Of a stretch of DNA of 64,000 nt, positions 19,293 through 32,192 are shown piece by piece. A program made the translations under genes and the position numbers. This DNA comes from Sphingomonadaceae bacterium (GTDB taxonomy: Bacteria > Pseudomonadota > Alphaproteobacteria > Sphingomonadales > Sphingomonadaceae). Positions within the stretch are counted from its first letter, which is position 1; every line of letters begins with the position of its first letter. The stretch is from contig JAKFUU010000001.1 of NCBI GenBank assembly GCA_021732525.1, positions 29,906 through 93,905 on the forward strand, read 5' to 3'. The notes below the pieces were generated by a model that was not told the DNA's origin, did no database searches, and saw nothing but the letters and a program-made list of their open reading frames with translations.

Positions 19293-20696
19293 TCACATAT
19301 GGATCGGCTTGCCCGTCACCGCCATTGCGGCTTCCTTCAGCGCTTCGGCATGGGTGGGATGCGCGTGGCAGGTATAGGCGATGTCTTCGGATGTTGCGCC
19401 AAATTCCATCGCGGTTGCGGCCTCGGCGATCATGCTGCCCGCTATGCTGGCGATAATATGTACGCCGAGCACGCGGTCGGTGGCTGCATCGGCGATCACT
19501 TTCACAAAACCATCGGTGGTGCGGTTGGTTTTGGCGCGGCTGTTTGCCATCATTGGGAATTTGCCGACCCTTACCTCCCCGCGCGCCTTGGCCTCTTCTT
19601 CGGTAAGGCCGACGCTGGCTATTTCGGGATAAGTATAAACGACGCCTGGTATAATGTCATGATTGACGATGCCGGTCAGGCCAGCGACAAATTCCGCCGC
19701 CGCGATGCCTTCGTCTTCGGCCTTATGCGCGAGCATCGGGCCGGGGCAGACATCGCCAATGGCATAGATACCGGGGATGTTGGTTTGAAAATCAGCGCCA
19801 ATTTCGATCTGCCCGCGTTTGTTTGGCGTGATCCCCGCCTTATCGAGCGCCAGTCCTTCGGTATTTGCGCGCCGGCCAATGGCGACCAAAATACAGTCGG
19901 CCTCGATCTTTTCCGCTGCGCCGCCCGCCGCCGGTTCGACCGTAAGCGTTGCCACCGCACCCTTTACCGACGCGCCGGCAACTTTGGTGCTCGTGCGGAT
20001 TTCAAACCCTTGTTTTTTGAATATTTTGGCGGCTTCCTTGCGAATCTCGCCGTCCATTCCAGGCAGGATTTGATCGAGATATTCGACGACGGTCACCTTT
20101 GCGCCGAGCCGCAACCACACGCTGCCCAGTTCCAGCCCGATCACCCCGCCGCCAATCACCACCATATGTTTCGGCACTTTGGGTAGCGCTAGCGCGCCGG
20201 TCGAATCGACGATCACATGCGCATCATTATCCACGGTAACACCCGCTAATGGCGGGACCGATGATCCGGTGGCGATCATGATATTTTTGGCCGAATAGCT
20301 TTGCCCGCCAACATCGATGCTGCTGGGTGATGTGAATGCGGCGTGACCTTTTATCCAATCGACCTTGTTCTTCTTGAACAGAAATTCGATCCCGCCGGTC
20401 AGCTCGGTGACGGCTTTCGCCTTTTCGGCGTGCATTTGATCGAGATTTAGCGACACGCCCTTAAAATCAATTCCAAATTTGGCCAGCGCCCCCGATTGTG
20501 CTTCATGATAAAGCTCCGACGCATTGAGCAAAGCCTTTGATGGAATACAGCCGACATTCAAGCAGGTTCCGCCGAGGGTTTCACGGGCCTCAACACAGGC
20601 TGTTTTTAGCCCCAGTTGCGCTGCGCGGATCGCCGCGACATAGCCGCCGGGGCCGGCGCCGATAACGATAAGGTCATAGGGGGTGTCGGTCATCAT
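19293..20696 (-). CDS. lpdA: Dihydrolipoyl dehydrogenase (E3)
   Basis: GAGPGGY and the redox centre GGTCLNVGCIPSK. Full-length, 467 aa. Confidence 0.95.
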   Translation of the reverse strand: MMTDTPYDLIVIGAGPGGYVAAIRAAQLGLKTACVEARETLGGTCLNVGCIPSKALLNASELYHEAQSGALAKFGIDFKGVSLNLDQMHAEKAKAVTELTGGIEFLFKKNKVDWIKGHAAFTSPSSIDVGGQSYSAKNIMIATGSSVPPLAGVTVDNDAHVIVDSTGALALPKVPKHMVVIGGGVIGLELGSVWLRLGAKVTVVEYLDQILPGMDGEIRKEAAKIFKKQGFEIRTSTKVAGASVKGAVATLTVEPAAGGAAEKIEADCILVAIGRRANTEGLALDKAGITPNKRGQIEIGADFQTNIPGIYAIGDVCPGPMLAHKAEDEGIAAAEFVAGLTGIVNHDIIPGVVYTYPEIASVGLTEEEAKARGEVRVGKFPMMANSRAKTNRTTDGFVKVIADAATDRVLGVHIIASIAGSMIAEAATAMEFGATSEDIAYTCHAHPTHAEALKEAAMAVTGKPIHM

Positions 20697-20716
20697 TCGG
20701 TTCCAATCGCCATCGG

Positions 20717-21961
20717 TTAAAGATCAATCAACAAACGGGTCGGGTCTTCGATGGCTTCCTTGATACTTTTTAGGAAGGTTACGGCTTCGCGGCCATCGAT
20801 CAAGCGGTGATCATAGCTGAGCGCAAGATACATCATCGGGCGGATGACAACCTGGCCATTGACGGCAACGGGCCGGTCTTCGATCCGGTGCAATCCCAGG
20901 ACCGCCGATTGCGGCGGATTGATGATCGGGGTGGACAGGAGCGATCCAAATACGCCGCCGTTGCTAATCGTAAAAGTGCCGCCTTCCATATCGGCCATGG
21001 TCAGCGTGCCCGCTCTGGCCTTTGCGCCAAACTCGCCGATCGACTTTTCAATTTCGGCAAAGCTCATGGCCTGTGCATTGCGGATCACGGGAACGACCAA
21101 GCCGTTGGGCGCGCTGACCGCGACCGACACATCGAGATAGTTGAAATAGACGATTTCCTGATTGCCTTCTGTGCCCTGAATTTGCGCATTAACCGCAGGC
21201 ACATCGCGCGCGGCAAGCGCCGCCGCTTTGGTGAAAAAGCCCATGAATCCCAGGCGGACGCCATGCTTCTTTTCAAACAGGTCTTTATATTTTGCCCGCG
21301 CCTCGATCACCGCCGACATATCCACATCGTTGAAAGTAGTCAGCAAGGCTGCGGTTTCTTGTGCGGATTTCAAGCGCTTGGCGACGGTTTGGCGCAGGCG
21401 GGTCATCCGCACGCGCTCCTCGCCGCGATTATGGGCAAGGCTTTGTGTTGGCACAGCGGCGGCCGTTGCGGCCGCGATTGGCGCGGCGGGGGCCGCCTTG
21501 GCAAAGGCAATCACATCTTCTTTGGTCAAGCGGCCATCTTTACCGGTGCCCGAAACTTTGGTGGGATCAATGCCCAGTTCCAGCACCAATCGCCGAACGG
21601 CGGGCGACAAGGGCAAGTCACTATGATCAGGGGCATGATCGGGCGCGGGCGCGGTGATGGTCGCGGCGGGCATTGGGGGCTGCGTCTTTGCCGCGACGGC
21701 GGGATGGGCCTGCGCCGTTGCTGCGCCCTGTTCAATCGATCCGATCACCGCGCCGACATTCACCGTGTCACCCTCTTGCACTGTATAGGCACCCATGATG
21801 CCCGCGGCGGGCGCGCCCACCTCTACGGCAACCTTGTCGGTTTCGAGAGAAGCAATCGGTTCATCTTGGGCGACGGCGTCACCCGGCTTTTTCAGCCATT
21901 GGCCCAATGTGGCTTCGGCAATCGATTCGCCCAGCACGGGAACTTTCACTTCAATGGTCAT
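20717..21961 (-). CDS. sucB: 2-oxoglutarate dehydrogenase E2, dihydrolipoamide succinyltransferase
   Basis: ORF 20717-22162. ATG at 21961 gives [14 protein letters not shown]. Lipoyl site is SLETDKV and the catalytic motif is DHRLIDG. Confidence 0.95.
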   Translation of the reverse strand: MTIEVKVPVLGESIAEATLGQWLKKPGDAVAQDEPIASLETDKVAVEVGAPAAGIMGAYTVQEGDTVNVGAVIGSIEQGAATAQAHPAVAAKTQPPMPAATITAPAPDHAPDHSDLPLSPAVRRLVLELGIDPTKVSGTGKDGRLTKEDVIAFAKAAPAAPIAAATAAAVPTQSLAHNRGEERVRMTRLRQTVAKRLKSAQETAALLTTFNDVDMSAVIEARAKYKDLFEKKHGVRLGFMGFFTKAAALAARDVPAVNAQIQGTEGNQEIVYFNYLDVSVAVSAPNGLVVPVIRNAQAMSFAEIEKSIGEFGAKARAGTLTMADMEGGTFTISNGGVFGSLLSTPIINPPQSAVLGLHRIEDRPVAVNGQVVIRPMMYLALSYDHRLIDGREAVTFLKSIKEAIEDPTRLLIDL

Positions 21962-21965
21962 GGGA

Positions 21966-24767
21966 TTACCCTTTTCTTCGGCGGCGGATTTCGGCGCGGA
22001 CGCTGTGCCCCAGCGCATCGGCAATAAGCGCGGCCTGTTCGGCCTGATGGCGTTTGGCAAGGCCGGTCGCCGTCGACGCGCTGGCGCTGCGCCCTGCATA
22101 ACGCGCACGGCGGATGCCGCTGCCCGCTTTGCCCAGACATTCCTCCAGCAGCGGTTCGGCAAAGGACCAAGCGCCGTTATTTTTCGGTTCTTCCTGCGCC
22201 CAGATCACTTGCTCCAGATTGACCATGCGCTGCAACCGGATCGTCAATGGTTCTCCGGGAAAGGGATAAAGCTGCTCAATCCGCACTATCGCGGTATGCT
22301 GATCGCCCGCCGCATTGCGCGCCTCCATCAGATCATAGGCGACCTTGCCGGAACAGAGCACCAGCCGTTTTACATCCTCATCGGCGGGCGCCGATGGATC
22401 CGATAATATCCGCATAAAATGGCTGTCATCCAAGAAATCGGCCGCTTTTGAAACCGCGAGCTTATGCCGCAACAACGACTTTGGCGTCATGATGATCAAC
22501 GGTTTTCGGAAAGGTCGCTGCATTTGCCGGCGGAGCAGATGGAAATAATTGGCGGGCGTGGTGCAATTGGCCACCTGAATATTATCTTCGGCGCAAAGCT
22601 GCAAAAAGCGTTCGAGCCTCGCCGAGCTATGTTCGGGGCCCTGCCCTTCATAGCCATGGGGGAGCAGCATCACCAGGCCGTTGGCGCGCAGCCATTTGCT
22701 CTCGCCCGATGCGATAAATTGATCGATGATGGTTTGTGCGCCGTTGACGAAATCGCCAAACTGCCCTTCCCACATCACCAGCGATTTGGGTTCGGCCCCG
22801 GCAAAACCATATTCGTAACCGAGCACGCCAAATTCGGACAGCGGGCTGTCATGCACTTCAAACCGGCCATGCGGCACCGATGACAGCGGCACATATTTGC
22901 TTTCGGTCACCTGATCAACCCAGACGGCATGCCGGTGGCTGAATGTCCCGCGCCCCGAATCCTGCCCCGAAAGCCGCACGCCATATCCTTCGGAAAGCAA
23001 GGATCCAAAAGCGAGCGCTTCGCCGGTGGCCCAATCGAAATTCTCGCCGCTTTCAAACATTTTTGCCTTCGCCTGCAAAACCCGCTGCAAGGTTGGATGG
23101 ATATTTAAACCCTCCGGCACATTGGTCAGCGTCCGGCCCAAACCGTCGAGCAGCTTTTTCGAAATGCCGGTCTGCACGTTGCGCCGCGCGGTTTCGGGAT
23201 CGGCGGGTTTGGACAGCCCGCTCCACCGGCCACCGAACCAATCGGCCTCGTTCGGTTTGTAATTTTGCCCGGCGGCAAATTCCTCTTCAAGCCGGGCAAT
23301 AAAGCCGGCGCTATGGCCATCGGCCCATTCGCTATCAATCACGCCCTCGCTCGCCAGCCGCACCGCATATAGGCTGCCGACGCCGGGATGCTGCCGAATG
23401 ACCTTATACATCAGCGGCTGGGTAAAGCTTGGCTCGTCACCCTCATTATGGCCAAATCGGCGGTAGCACCACATGTCGATGACAATGTCGCGGTGAAAGC
23501 GCTGGCGAAATTCGATCGCCATTTTGCAGGCAAAGGTCACCGCTTCGGGATCATCGCCGTTGACGTGGAAAATCGGGGCCTGCACACCCTTGGCCACATC
23601 GGACGGATAAGGCGAGCTGCGCGCAAATTTGGGTGATGTGGTGAAGCCGACCTGATTATTGACGATAAAATGGATGCAGCCACCGGTATTATAGCCCGGC
23701 ACTCCCGAAAAGCCTAGGCATTCCCAAACGATACCTTGCCCGGCAAAGGCTGCGTCGCCATGTAGCAAAACCGGCAACACCTGTTCATGCTGCGCCAGAT
23801 CATCGCGCATCGTCTGCTTTGCGCGCACCTTGCCGAGCACAACGGGGTTCACCGCCTCCAGATGCGATGGGTTGGGGACCAGCGACATATGCACGTTTAT
23901 CCCGTCAAATTCGCGGTCGGTGCTGGTGCCCAGATGATATTTCACATCGCCGCTACCGCCGACATCGTCGGGATTGGAGCTGCCGCCCGAAAATTCATGG
24001 AATATCGTGCGATATGGCTTGCCCATCACATTGGCGAGCACATTCAATCGGCCGCGATGCGGCATGCCCACGACGATTTCGCGCACGCCCAGCGCGCCGC
24101 CATATTTGATGATACTTTCCAGCGCGGGGATCATCGCTTCACCGCCGTCAAGCCCGAAACGTTTGGTGCCGACATATTTGCGGCCCAGGAATTTTTCATA
24201 TTGTTCGGCTTCGATAACCTTGGCCAGAATCGCTCGCTTGCCTTCGGGGGTAAATTGGATGGCGGCATGTTGCCCCTCCATCCGCTCCTGCAGAAAGCGC
24301 CGCTCCTCAAGGTCGGAAATATGCATATATTCCAAGCCAACCGGTCCGCAATAATTGGCGCGCAAAATATCGACAAGTTCGCGCACGCTGGTCCATTCGA
24401 GCCCCAAATTGCCGCCGACATAGACCGGGCGGTCCAACGCGGCGCCGACGAAGCCGTGATATTCGGGGGTCAAATCGGCCGGAATATCTTGTTTGGTTAG
24501 GCCCAGCGGATCGAGATTCGCGGCCAGATGCCCGCGCACACGGTATGTTCGGATCAGCAACATTGCGCGGATCGAATCGCCGGCGGCGGCTTCGATGTCG
24601 ATCCCCGCCGCTGCATTGCCCGCCGCCTTCGCAGCTTCTTTGACGGCCATTTGCATTTGCGTTGGATCAAGCGCGCCGGTCAAATCATCGGTAATATCGA
24701 TCGGCCAGCCTTTGCGCGCCCAGCTGGGGCCGCTCTCGCGCTCAAATTCTTGACCTTCGATGCCCAT
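21966..24767 (-). CDS. sucA: 2-oxoglutarate dehydrogenase E1 component
   Basis: 933 aa, full-length E1o-like ([25 protein letters not shown]). Confidence 0.95.
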   Translation of the reverse strand: MGIEGQEFERESGPSWARKGWPIDITDDLTGALDPTQMQMAVKEAAKAAGNAAAGIDIEAAAGDSIRAMLLIRTYRVRGHLAANLDPLGLTKQDIPADLTPEYHGFVGAALDRPVYVGGNLGLEWTSVRELVDILRANYCGPVGLEYMHISDLEERRFLQERMEGQHAAIQFTPEGKRAILAKVIEAEQYEKFLGRKYVGTKRFGLDGGEAMIPALESIIKYGGALGVREIVVGMPHRGRLNVLANVMGKPYRTIFHEFSGGSSNPDDVGGSGDVKYHLGTSTDREFDGINVHMSLVPNPSHLEAVNPVVLGKVRAKQTMRDDLAQHEQVLPVLLHGDAAFAGQGIVWECLGFSGVPGYNTGGCIHFIVNNQVGFTTSPKFARSSPYPSDVAKGVQAPIFHVNGDDPEAVTFACKMAIEFRQRFHRDIVIDMWCYRRFGHNEGDEPSFTQPLMYKVIRQHPGVGSLYAVRLASEGVIDSEWADGHSAGFIARLEEEFAAGQNYKPNEADWFGGRWSGLSKPADPETARRNVQTGISKKLLDGLGRTLTNVPEGLNIHPTLQRVLQAKAKMFESGENFDWATGEALAFGSLLSEGYGVRLSGQDSGRGTFSHRHAVWVDQVTESKYVPLSSVPHGRFEVHDSPLSEFGVLGYEYGFAGAEPKSLVMWEGQFGDFVNGAQTIIDQFIASGESKWLRANGLVMLLPHGYEGQGPEHSSARLERFLQLCAEDNIQVANCTTPANYFHLLRRQMQRPFRKPLIIMTPKSLLRHKLAVSKAADFLDDSHFMRILSDPSAPADEDVKRLVLCSGKVAYDLMEARNAAGDQHTAIVRIEQLYPFPGEPLTIRLQRMVNLEQVIWAQEEPKNNGAWSFAEPLLEECLGKAGSGIRRARYAGRSASASTATGLAKRHQAEQAALIADALGHSVRAEIRRRRKG

Positions 24768-24811
24768 CTCTTTGCCTTCCGCAATGTTGAACGGCGTTAT
24801 GTGACCGAAAC

Positions 24812-25696
24812 CTAACCGTTTAATTCCGCCAGCAGCGTTGTGCCGAGTTCCGACGGCGACTTGGCCACGCGGATGCCGGCGGCTTCCATTGCGGCGATTT
24901 TGCTGCCCGCATCACCCTTGCCGCCCGATACGATGGCCCCGGCATGACCCATACGGCGGCCGGGCGGGGCGGTGAGACCAGCGATAAAGCCCGCCATCGG
25001 TTTTTTCCGGCCTTTTTTGGCTTCATCGATCAGAAATTGCGCGGCTTGCTCTTCGGCATCGCCGCCAATTTCGCCGATCATGATGATCGATTTGGTTTCG
25101 TCATCGGCCAAAAACAGCTCGAGCATATCGATGAAATTGGTGCCGTTGACCGGATCACCGCCAATGCCCACCGCGGTGGTTTGACCCAGCCCGGCATTCG
25201 TGGTCTGGAACACCGCTTCGTAAGTGAGCGTGCCCGAACGCGAGACCACGCCGACCGAGCCTTTGGAAAAAATGCTGCCGGGCATGATGCCGATCTTGCA
25301 CTCATTTGGCGTCAAAACGCCGGGGCAATTTGGCCCGAGCAGCCGCGATTTGGAGCCAACCAGCGCGCGCTTGACGTTGACCATATCAAGCACCGGAATG
25401 CCCTCGGTAATGCACACGATCAACGGCACCTGCGCATCAATCGCCTCAAGGATCGAATCCGCGGCGAAGGGCGGCGGCACATAAACCACCGAAGCATCCG
25501 CGCCGGTCACTTGCACAGCTTCGGCCACCGTATCAAACATCGGAAGACCGATGTGGACAGTGCCGCCCTTGCCCGGCGTCACCCCGCCGACCATCTGTGT
25601 GCCATAGGCCAGTGCTGCCTCGGTATGGAATGTGCCCGTGGCACCCGTCATCCCCTGTGTGATGACCTTTGTGTGTTTGTTGACTAGAATTGACAT
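24812..25696 (-). CDS. sucD: Succinyl-CoA synthetase alpha subunit
   Basis: [18 protein letters not shown] and the phosphohistidine loop [13 protein letters not shown]. Confidence 0.96.
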   Translation of the reverse strand: MSILVNKHTKVITQGMTGATGTFHTEAALAYGTQMVGGVTPGKGGTVHIGLPMFDTVAEAVQVTGADASVVYVPPPFAADSILEAIDAQVPLIVCITEGIPVLDMVNVKRALVGSKSRLLGPNCPGVLTPNECKIGIMPGSIFSKGSVGVVSRSGTLTYEAVFQTTNAGLGQTTAVGIGGDPVNGTNFIDMLELFLADDETKSIIMIGEIGGDAEEQAAQFLIDEAKKGRKKPMAGFIAGLTAPPGRRMGHAGAIVSGGKGDAGSKIAAMEAAGIRVAKSPSELGTTLLAELNG

Positions 25697-26305
25697 TCAT
25701 TGCGCTCCAAAAAGTAATTTCAAATCGACGCCGATCCCGCCAACATTGGGCTGGAGCATCACTGCTTTTCCAACTCTTTTTCCAACTCTTTCAGCCAACG
25801 ATCCCATTCGAGAAGGCTCATTTGTGTTCAACGCATCGAACTTTTCGGCTCTAAAATTCCTTAGTGTTAGCCCTTTATCGAGGTCATCGAAAATTGAGCC
25901 GATTATTCTGAGGAAATCGTCTGGCGTTGAGCAGGCCGATTTCAATGGTATTAACGCGATATCGCCTAGACCCTCCGTTTGATCAGAATCCAGATCATCC
26001 GAGGAAAAATCGTGCATCGCGAAGTATCTCGGATGCGTGTGTGTAATCAAAATTGCAGGTAGAATGTCAGTAGCATCGTGTCCGTTGATCTGATGCCAGC
26101 TCAAAACTTCGTTGGAGAAATGGACACCTTGGCCACTCATTACTACCACTGATCCGGTTTGAGATGCTCGCGCTGATAAATGGCCAAAGTTATCTCGAAA
26201 CAGCTTTTCATACGCGTCCGTGGGCCAGCCATAGTCGAGCAAGTAAATATACAGGCTTCGGTCCCCCGTAGGGAGTTCTCGCATTGTGCTGACATAAAGA
26301 CCCAT
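25697..26305 (-). CDS. Orphan hypothetical protein (about 202 aa; the ORF extends to 26347)
   Basis: Long ORF in a locally AT-richer stretch. ATG at 26305 avoids overlap with the mdh stop. Its stop TGA 25699-25697 directly abuts the sucD ATG. No family recognised. Confidence 0.6.
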   Translation of the reverse strand: MGLYVSTMRELPTGDRSLYIYLLDYGWPTDAYEKLFRDNFGHLSARASQTGSVVVMSGQGVHFSNEVLSWHQINGHDATDILPAILITHTHPRYFAMHDFSSDDLDSDQTEGLGDIALIPLKSACSTPDDFLRIIGSIFDDLDKGLTLRNFRAEKFDALNTNEPSRMGSLAERVGKRVGKAVMLQPNVGGIGVDLKLLFGAQ

Positions 26306-26330
26306 TGCAGGCGCTCCCTTAGACCGTGGA

Positions 26331-27347
<1,017 letters not shown>

Positions 27348-27419
27348 TTATTTTCAAGCATTCGGCGCGGCCTTAACGAGGAATAACGCAGCGTTACGCC
27401 CGAAAATATCAAAATTCAA

Positions 27420-27469
27420 CCGCCCAAATCAACTATTTATGCGAATAGTTTGCAATATCATTTGGGCGG
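27420..27469 (-). terminator. Long hairpin downstream of the M20 peptidase gene
   Basis: Outer arms ccgcccaaat / atttgggcgg, inner arms caactatt / aatagttg. On the minus strand a T-rich tail follows. Confidence 0.55.
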
Positions 27470-27480
27470 GCGGCGCGCGT

Positions 27481-28863
27481 TTATCCGGCCAAGTCGCGCA
27501 GCATATCGGTCCAAATATCGATATTATCATAAAAGGATTTGACCGGTATCCGTTCATCCAGCCCATGCGCGCGTTCGTCTTCGGGAATGATCAGCCATTC
27601 GCCGCCCACGCCATAAGCCGGGATGCCGATGGCACGGATAAACACCGAATCGGTCGCCCCCGCCGACATTTGCGGAATGATCGGCACGCCAGGAAAGCGC
27701 TTCTGCACGGCTTGGGTGTAAGCATTCACCACATCGGGGCGCAGCGGACTGGCGGGGGTGGCATCGCCAAAGGCATCGCTTTGTGTAACCGTAATATCAC
27801 CCCCGGCTATCATCTGCAATTCGGCCAGCACATTTTCCGGGGCGACGCCGGGAATGATCCGGCAATTTACCGTCGCTTGTGCCATTTGCGGCAGAGCATT
27901 GTCGGCATGGCCGCCGGCCAACCGCGTGGCAACGCAGCGCGTCCGGGTAAGGCCGATTTCCTTCTCATCGGCTTCGATGATATCGGCGGCATTGCCGTCA
28001 TTTTCGTCGGCGAGCCAGCGCCGCATGGCATCGCCCAAGCCGCCGGTTTCTTGCTTTGCCCGCTCGGTCAGATAGGCGCGGGTCGTTTCATTCATGACCG
28101 GGGTAAAGCGGTGCGCCGACAGCCGGGTTAACGCCGCCGACAGATCATAAATAGCATTGTCGGGCCGCGGGCGCGAGCTATGCCCGCCCCTATTGCGCGC
28201 GGTGAAATGATAGCTGCGATAGGTTTTTTCGGCTGTTTGCAGGCCATAACCCAGCGCTTTACCATCGGCGGTAAATCCGCCCCCGCCCGAATCGCTGTTC
28301 AAGGCAAATTCGGCATCGATCAACGATCGCCATTGCGACGCTGCCAGCCGGCTGCCCTCGCCATCGGTTTCTTCATCGCCAGTGAACAACAAGATTATAT
28401 CGCGCGCCGGTGTGAATCCGGATCGTTTCAAATGGAGCAAGCTCATCGTGATCGCCAAAATTCCGGCCTTGTTATCCACCGTGCCCCGGCCCCAATAATA
28501 ACCGTCCTTCTCGCGAAAGATAAAAGGATCATCCTGCCAATCGGACCGGTTGGCCTCGACTACATCCAGATGCCCCATCAGCAATATCGGCTTTAATTTC
28601 GGTTTGCCCGGCGCGGACCAGCGCAGGATCATTGATGCCGTCTCGCCATGGGGTTTCACCGTAATGTCGCTCAGCCCTTCGGCGCGAAACCGGTCCGACA
28701 ACAGGGCGATCAACCGGGGCACCTCGCCGCGCCCCTGAACCGTGGGAATTTCGACGACTTGTTTGAACAATTCGCGTGCTTCCTCTTTCGGGTCTGTGGG
28801 CGATGCTATGAGAGCGGGAGATGCCGCCAAGGCTGCTACGATCATCATTGCGGATTTTAACAT
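27481..28863 (-). CDS. M20/M25/M40 family metallopeptidase (secreted)
   Basis: ORF 27481-29007. ATG at 28863 follows AGGAG and gives the signal peptide MLKSAMMIVAALAASPA. LMGHLDVV and FTGDEE are metal-ligand motifs. Confidence 0.8.
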   Translation of the reverse strand: MLKSAMMIVAALAASPALIASPTDPKEEARELFKQVVEIPTVQGRGEVPRLIALLSDRFRAEGLSDITVKPHGETASMILRWSAPGKPKLKPILLMGHLDVVEANRSDWQDDPFIFREKDGYYWGRGTVDNKAGILAITMSLLHLKRSGFTPARDIILLFTGDEETDGEGSRLAASQWRSLIDAEFALNSDSGGGGFTADGKALGYGLQTAEKTYRSYHFTARNRGGHSSRPRPDNAIYDLSAALTRLSAHRFTPVMNETTRAYLTERAKQETGGLGDAMRRWLADENDGNAADIIEADEKEIGLTRTRCVATRLAGGHADNALPQMAQATVNCRIIPGVAPENVLAELQMIAGGDITVTQSDAFGDATPASPLRPDVVNAYTQAVQKRFPGVPIIPQMSAGATDSVFIRAIGIPAYGVGGEWLIIPEDERAHGLDERIPVKSFYDNIDIWTDMLRDLAG

Positions 28864-28885
28864 TATCTGCTCCTTTTTTGGCGCG

Positions 28886-30013
28886 TTACGCCGCCCCATG
28901 GCCCAGCGCCAGATATTCCTGCGATTGCATCTCCATAAGCCGGGACACGGTGCGTTCAAATTCAAATTTGCCGTCGCCTTGGGGATAAAGCATATCGGGC
29001 GAGGCATCGGCGCAGGCGAGCAGCTTCACCTTATATTCGTAAAGCGCGTCGATGAGCGTAACAAACCGCGCGGCTTCGTTGCGATTATGCGGGCCAAGCA
29101 CCGGGATGCCGACCATCATCACCGTGTGAAAATACCGCGCGATGGCGAGATAGTCGGCCGCGCCGCGCGCCTCGGCGCACAGCCGTTTGAAGGAAAAGAC
29201 GCCCACGCCCTTCAGCGCCTTGGGAACCATAAGTTTGCGCCCTGCGCCAACATCCAGTTCCATGGACGGAACATGTGCGCGATCTTCGGGGGGATAATCG
29301 GTGAGCCGAAAGAAACTATCCGATAAGGCTTTGGTGGCCGCCTCGCCGCTGGGCACCAGCCAGGTTTTGGCATTGCCCAGCCGGTCGCGGCGATAATCGG
29401 TCGGACCATTGAGCGCCATGACGTCAAGCCGTTGTTCGACAAGCGCGATAAATGGCAGGAAAAGCGGACGATTTAGCCCATCTTTATAAAGATCGCCGGG
29501 CACCCGGTTTGATGTGGTGACAATCGTAACCCCGGCGTCGATCAATCCGGTGAATAGCCGCGACATGATCGCCGCATCGGCCGTATTATTCACCACCATT
29601 TCGTCAAAACACAAAAGCCGCGCCTCATCGGCCAGCGCCTCGACCAAGGGCGGGATCGGGTCGCCCGCCTCCTTCTTGCGCTCGGCGCGCAGCCGCGCAT
29701 GAATGTCGAGCATAAATTCATGAAAATGCGCGCGGCGTTTGCGGCGGATTGCGGTGCAATCAAAAAACAGATCCATCAGCATCGATTTGCCGCGCCCCAC
29801 ACCGCCCCAAAGATACAATCCGCGCACCGGATCGGGCTTTTGCCCGAACAACCGCCACAGCATGCTGCCACGCGGCGGGACCGCCTCCAATTGCCGTTGA
29901 ATTTGCGCCAGGGCGGCAATCGCCAATGCCTGATGCGGGTCGGGTTTCAACTCACCGCCTTGCAACATGGCCTGATATTTTTCGGCCAAGTTGATGGATG
30001 GCCTCATATTCAT
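28886..30013 (-). CDS. zapE: Cell division protein ZapE (AFG1-like ATPase)
   Basis: Walker A is LWGGVGRGKSMLMD and Walker B is LLCFDEM. Start chosen at ATG 30013 to avoid overlap with the upstream thioesterase; the start is uncertain. Confidence 0.85.
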   Translation of the reverse strand: MNMRPSINLAEKYQAMLQGGELKPDPHQALAIAALAQIQRQLEAVPPRGSMLWRLFGQKPDPVRGLYLWGGVGRGKSMLMDLFFDCTAIRRKRRAHFHEFMLDIHARLRAERKKEAGDPIPPLVEALADEARLLCFDEMVVNNTADAAIMSRLFTGLIDAGVTIVTTSNRVPGDLYKDGLNRPLFLPFIALVEQRLDVMALNGPTDYRRDRLGNAKTWLVPSGEAATKALSDSFFRLTDYPPEDRAHVPSMELDVGAGRKLMVPKALKGVGVFSFKRLCAEARGAADYLAIARYFHTVMMVGIPVLGPHNRNEAARFVTLIDALYEYKVKLLACADASPDMLYPQGDGKFEFERTVSRLMEMQSQEYLALGHGAA

Positions 30014-30029
30014 TTGGATGGCCCAATAT

Positions 30030-30518
30030 TCATTTGGATGGCAACGAATGCTCATCGCCAGGTGACTTGCGAATGATGCCGGAAAAGCTTGCGATCAAGT
30101 GGCAGGCTTCTTTCTGGTGGACAATACCGCGCAGGAACACCAGCCGCCGCGTTTCGCGCAAAAGCTCCACCTCCGCGTCCATCGGCAAGCCCAAATATCC
30201 CCCGCCGATAAATTGGGTTTGCAGCTCAATAGTCACGCTGCGCCCTACCATTTCCACGCCATGCATGCGCGCGCCAGCGAATAAGGCAATATCGATAAAG
30301 CTGAGCAATGCGCCGCCATGGACCACGCCGCCCAAATTGCCGTGCCTGCCCTCCGGCGTCATCCGCACGAGCGCGCGGCCATCGTCGGTTTTGCGAATCT
30401 GCAATGGCCCCAGCAGATCGTTGAATAGGCCCCCCTTTTTCAAATCCCACGACCACCAGCCCGGCGCGCCTGAAACCGGCTCATGAATGAAATGCGGATG
30501 CGGCTGTGTATGCGGCAA
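30030..30518 (-). CDS. PaaI-family hotdog-fold thioesterase
   Basis: GVVHGGALLSFIDIALF motif. 162 aa. Confidence 0.7.
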   Translation of the reverse strand: MPHTQPHPHFIHEPVSGAPGWWSWDLKKGGLFNDLLGPLQIRKTDDGRALVRMTPEGRHGNLGGVVHGGALLSFIDIALFAGARMHGVEMVGRSVTIELQTQFIGGGYLGLPMDAEVELLRETRRLVFLRGIVHQKEACHLIASFSGIIRKSPGDEHSLPSK

Positions 30519-30543
30519 ATTTGGATCGTTTCTGCCGATGGGT

Positions 30544-31323
30544 CTACAAATGTCGCTCAGCGACCATTTTTTTGGTTTCCGCGATTGCCTTGGCTGGATT
30601 GAGGCCTTTGGGGCAGGCGTTGGAGCAATTCATGATGGTGTGGCAGCGATAAAGGCGAAAGGGATCTTCGAGCTCGTCGAGCCGCTCGCCGGTCATCTCG
30701 TCGCGGCTGTCGGCGAGCCAGCGGTAGGCCTGAAGCAGGATCGCCGGGCCTAGAAACTTATCGCCATTCCACCAATAAGACGGGCAACTGGTCGCGCAGC
30801 AAGCGCATAAGATACATTCATACAGCCCATCAAGCTTTTCGCGGTCTTCGGGTGATTGCAACCGCTCTTTGCCCGACGGCTGCGGCGTGACGGTTTGCAG
30901 CCACGGTTTGATCGAGGCATATTGCGCGTAAAAATGGGTGAAATCGGGCACCAGATCCTTGATCACTTCCATATGCGGCAGCGGCGTAATGGTAACATCG
31001 CCCTTGCAATCTTCGATCGCGGTGGTGCAGGCGAGGCCATTCTTGCCATCGATATTCATCGAACAAGAACCGCAAATCCCCTCGCGGCAGGAACGGCGGA
31101 AGGTGAGCGAGGGATCCTGCTCGCTCTTCATCTTGATCAACGCATCGAGCACCATCGGGCCGCATTCATCGGTATTAATTTCGAATATGTCATAACGCGG
31201 ATTTTGGCCGCTATCGGGATCATAGCGATAGACCTTGAAATTTTTGGTCTTGCCGCTGGTTTTTGCAGCGAATTTCGCGCCGCTTTTCACCTTGCTATTT
31301 TTGGGAAGTGTGAAGGTTGCCAT
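30544..31323 (-). CDS. sdhB: Succinate dehydrogenase iron-sulfur subunit
   Basis: Three Cys clusters: [31 protein letters not shown] and [15 protein letters not shown]. Confidence 0.96.
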   Translation of the reverse strand: MATFTLPKNSKVKSGAKFAAKTSGKTKNFKVYRYDPDSGQNPRYDIFEINTDECGPMVLDALIKMKSEQDPSLTFRRSCREGICGSCSMNIDGKNGLACTTAIEDCKGDVTITPLPHMEVIKDLVPDFTHFYAQYASIKPWLQTVTPQPSGKERLQSPEDREKLDGLYECILCACCATSCPSYWWNGDKFLGPAILLQAYRWLADSRDEMTGERLDELEDPFRLYRCHTIMNCSNACPKGLNPAKAIAETKKMVAERHL

Positions 31324-31379
31324 CGTGCTACGCCCCGAGTCAGAAATAATATCCTAGCGTTAGCCAACCGTTCGGCCAA

Positions 31380-32141
31380 TCACAAGCCCTTACGCTGCGC
31401 CATAATCTGCAACGCCAGCGCATGATCGGCAGGTTTATCGACATCGATCGCCGCCACCGGGTCGGACAGCGGAACCAATGTTGCGGTTAGGCCCAGCCGT
31501 CGCCCCGCTTTGGCAAAGGCATCGCCCAAGCCGATCGTTCGGGTGAGCGCACGCAGCGCCAACCACGGACCAAAATGCAGAAACAGCTTCCACGCCTGTT
31601 TACGGTCCTTTTCCGCCTGCGCCCAAAGATCAAGCGCGCCGTGGACATTATCATTGGCAAAGGCAAACAGATTGGCCCCCGACCAAGCGCCATCGGCAAA
31701 TTTAAGCCAAGTGCGCTGGGCACGGGGAAATTGCGTCAGCATCGCTTGGCGCTCGACCATCCCAACCGATAAATCGCCGCTGGATTTATCCAGAAACTCG
31801 GCGATCATTTCGCGGGTCAGCAGCGGATGATCGGCGGTGGTAACGAGCCAAGGCAGCGGCACATCGCCGGCATCCATCACCGCTTTCAAGCTGGATGAAA
31901 TGCCATCATTGCTCCGGCGTATTTCGGCGGTATCGCCCGCCGCAGCCGCCAGGATCAACGGTTCTTGCCCCAAGATCACGATGCGGCCAATTTGCGGGCA
32001 GGATTTTAGAGTGGCCAGCACATGCGTGAGCATGGGCGCACCGTCCAACGGCACCAGCGCCTTGTAAGTCTCCCCAAAATGCGCCGCGAGCGGGTCGGTG
32101 CCGGGCCGCTGGCCCGCCAGGATGATTGCTGTCCATTGCAT
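31380..32141 (-). CDS. MobA-like NTP transferase domain protein
   Basis: ORF 31380-32519 is mostly a spurious N-terminal extension. The conserved part begins MQWTAIILAGQRPG (ATG 32141, alternative ATG 32159). Confidence 0.6.
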   Translation of the reverse strand: MQWTAIILAGQRPGTDPLAAHFGETYKALVPLDGAPMLTHVLATLKSCPQIGRIVILGQEPLILAAAAGDTAEIRRSNDGISSSLKAVMDAGDVPLPWLVTTADHPLLTREMIAEFLDKSSGDLSVGMVERQAMLTQFPRAQRTWLKFADGAWSGANLFAFANDNVHGALDLWAQAEKDRKQAWKLFLHFGPWLALRALTRTIGLGDAFAKAGRRLGLTATLVPLSDPVAAIDVDKPADHALALQIMAQRKGL

Positions 32142-32192
32142 CGCTGCCGCCAACCCCATACAGATCAAACCGAAACATCGCGTTGGAGCCTT

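Noticed and set aside
19275-22027. Long + strand ORFs (303 aa at 19275-20186; 406 aa at 20807-22027) antisense to lpdA and sucB. Similar long antisense ORFs lie at 6578-7435, 23787-24500, 40643-41716 and 52653-53561.
   Set aside because: Each lies entirely opposite a confidently identified full-length housekeeping gene. Their translations are Arg/Gly/His/Ala-rich low-information sequences, typical of shadow ORFs in GC-rich coding DNA, and none has a recognisable motif.
24768-24811. SucA starts at MGIEGQEF and lacks the ~40-aa N-terminal segment seen in E. coli-type E1o. Possible truncation or pseudogene.
   Set aside because: Only 44 nt separate it from the sucD stop, so no missing exon-like piece exists. 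The rest of the 933-aa protein is intact. It is most likely a lineage-typical short N terminus.
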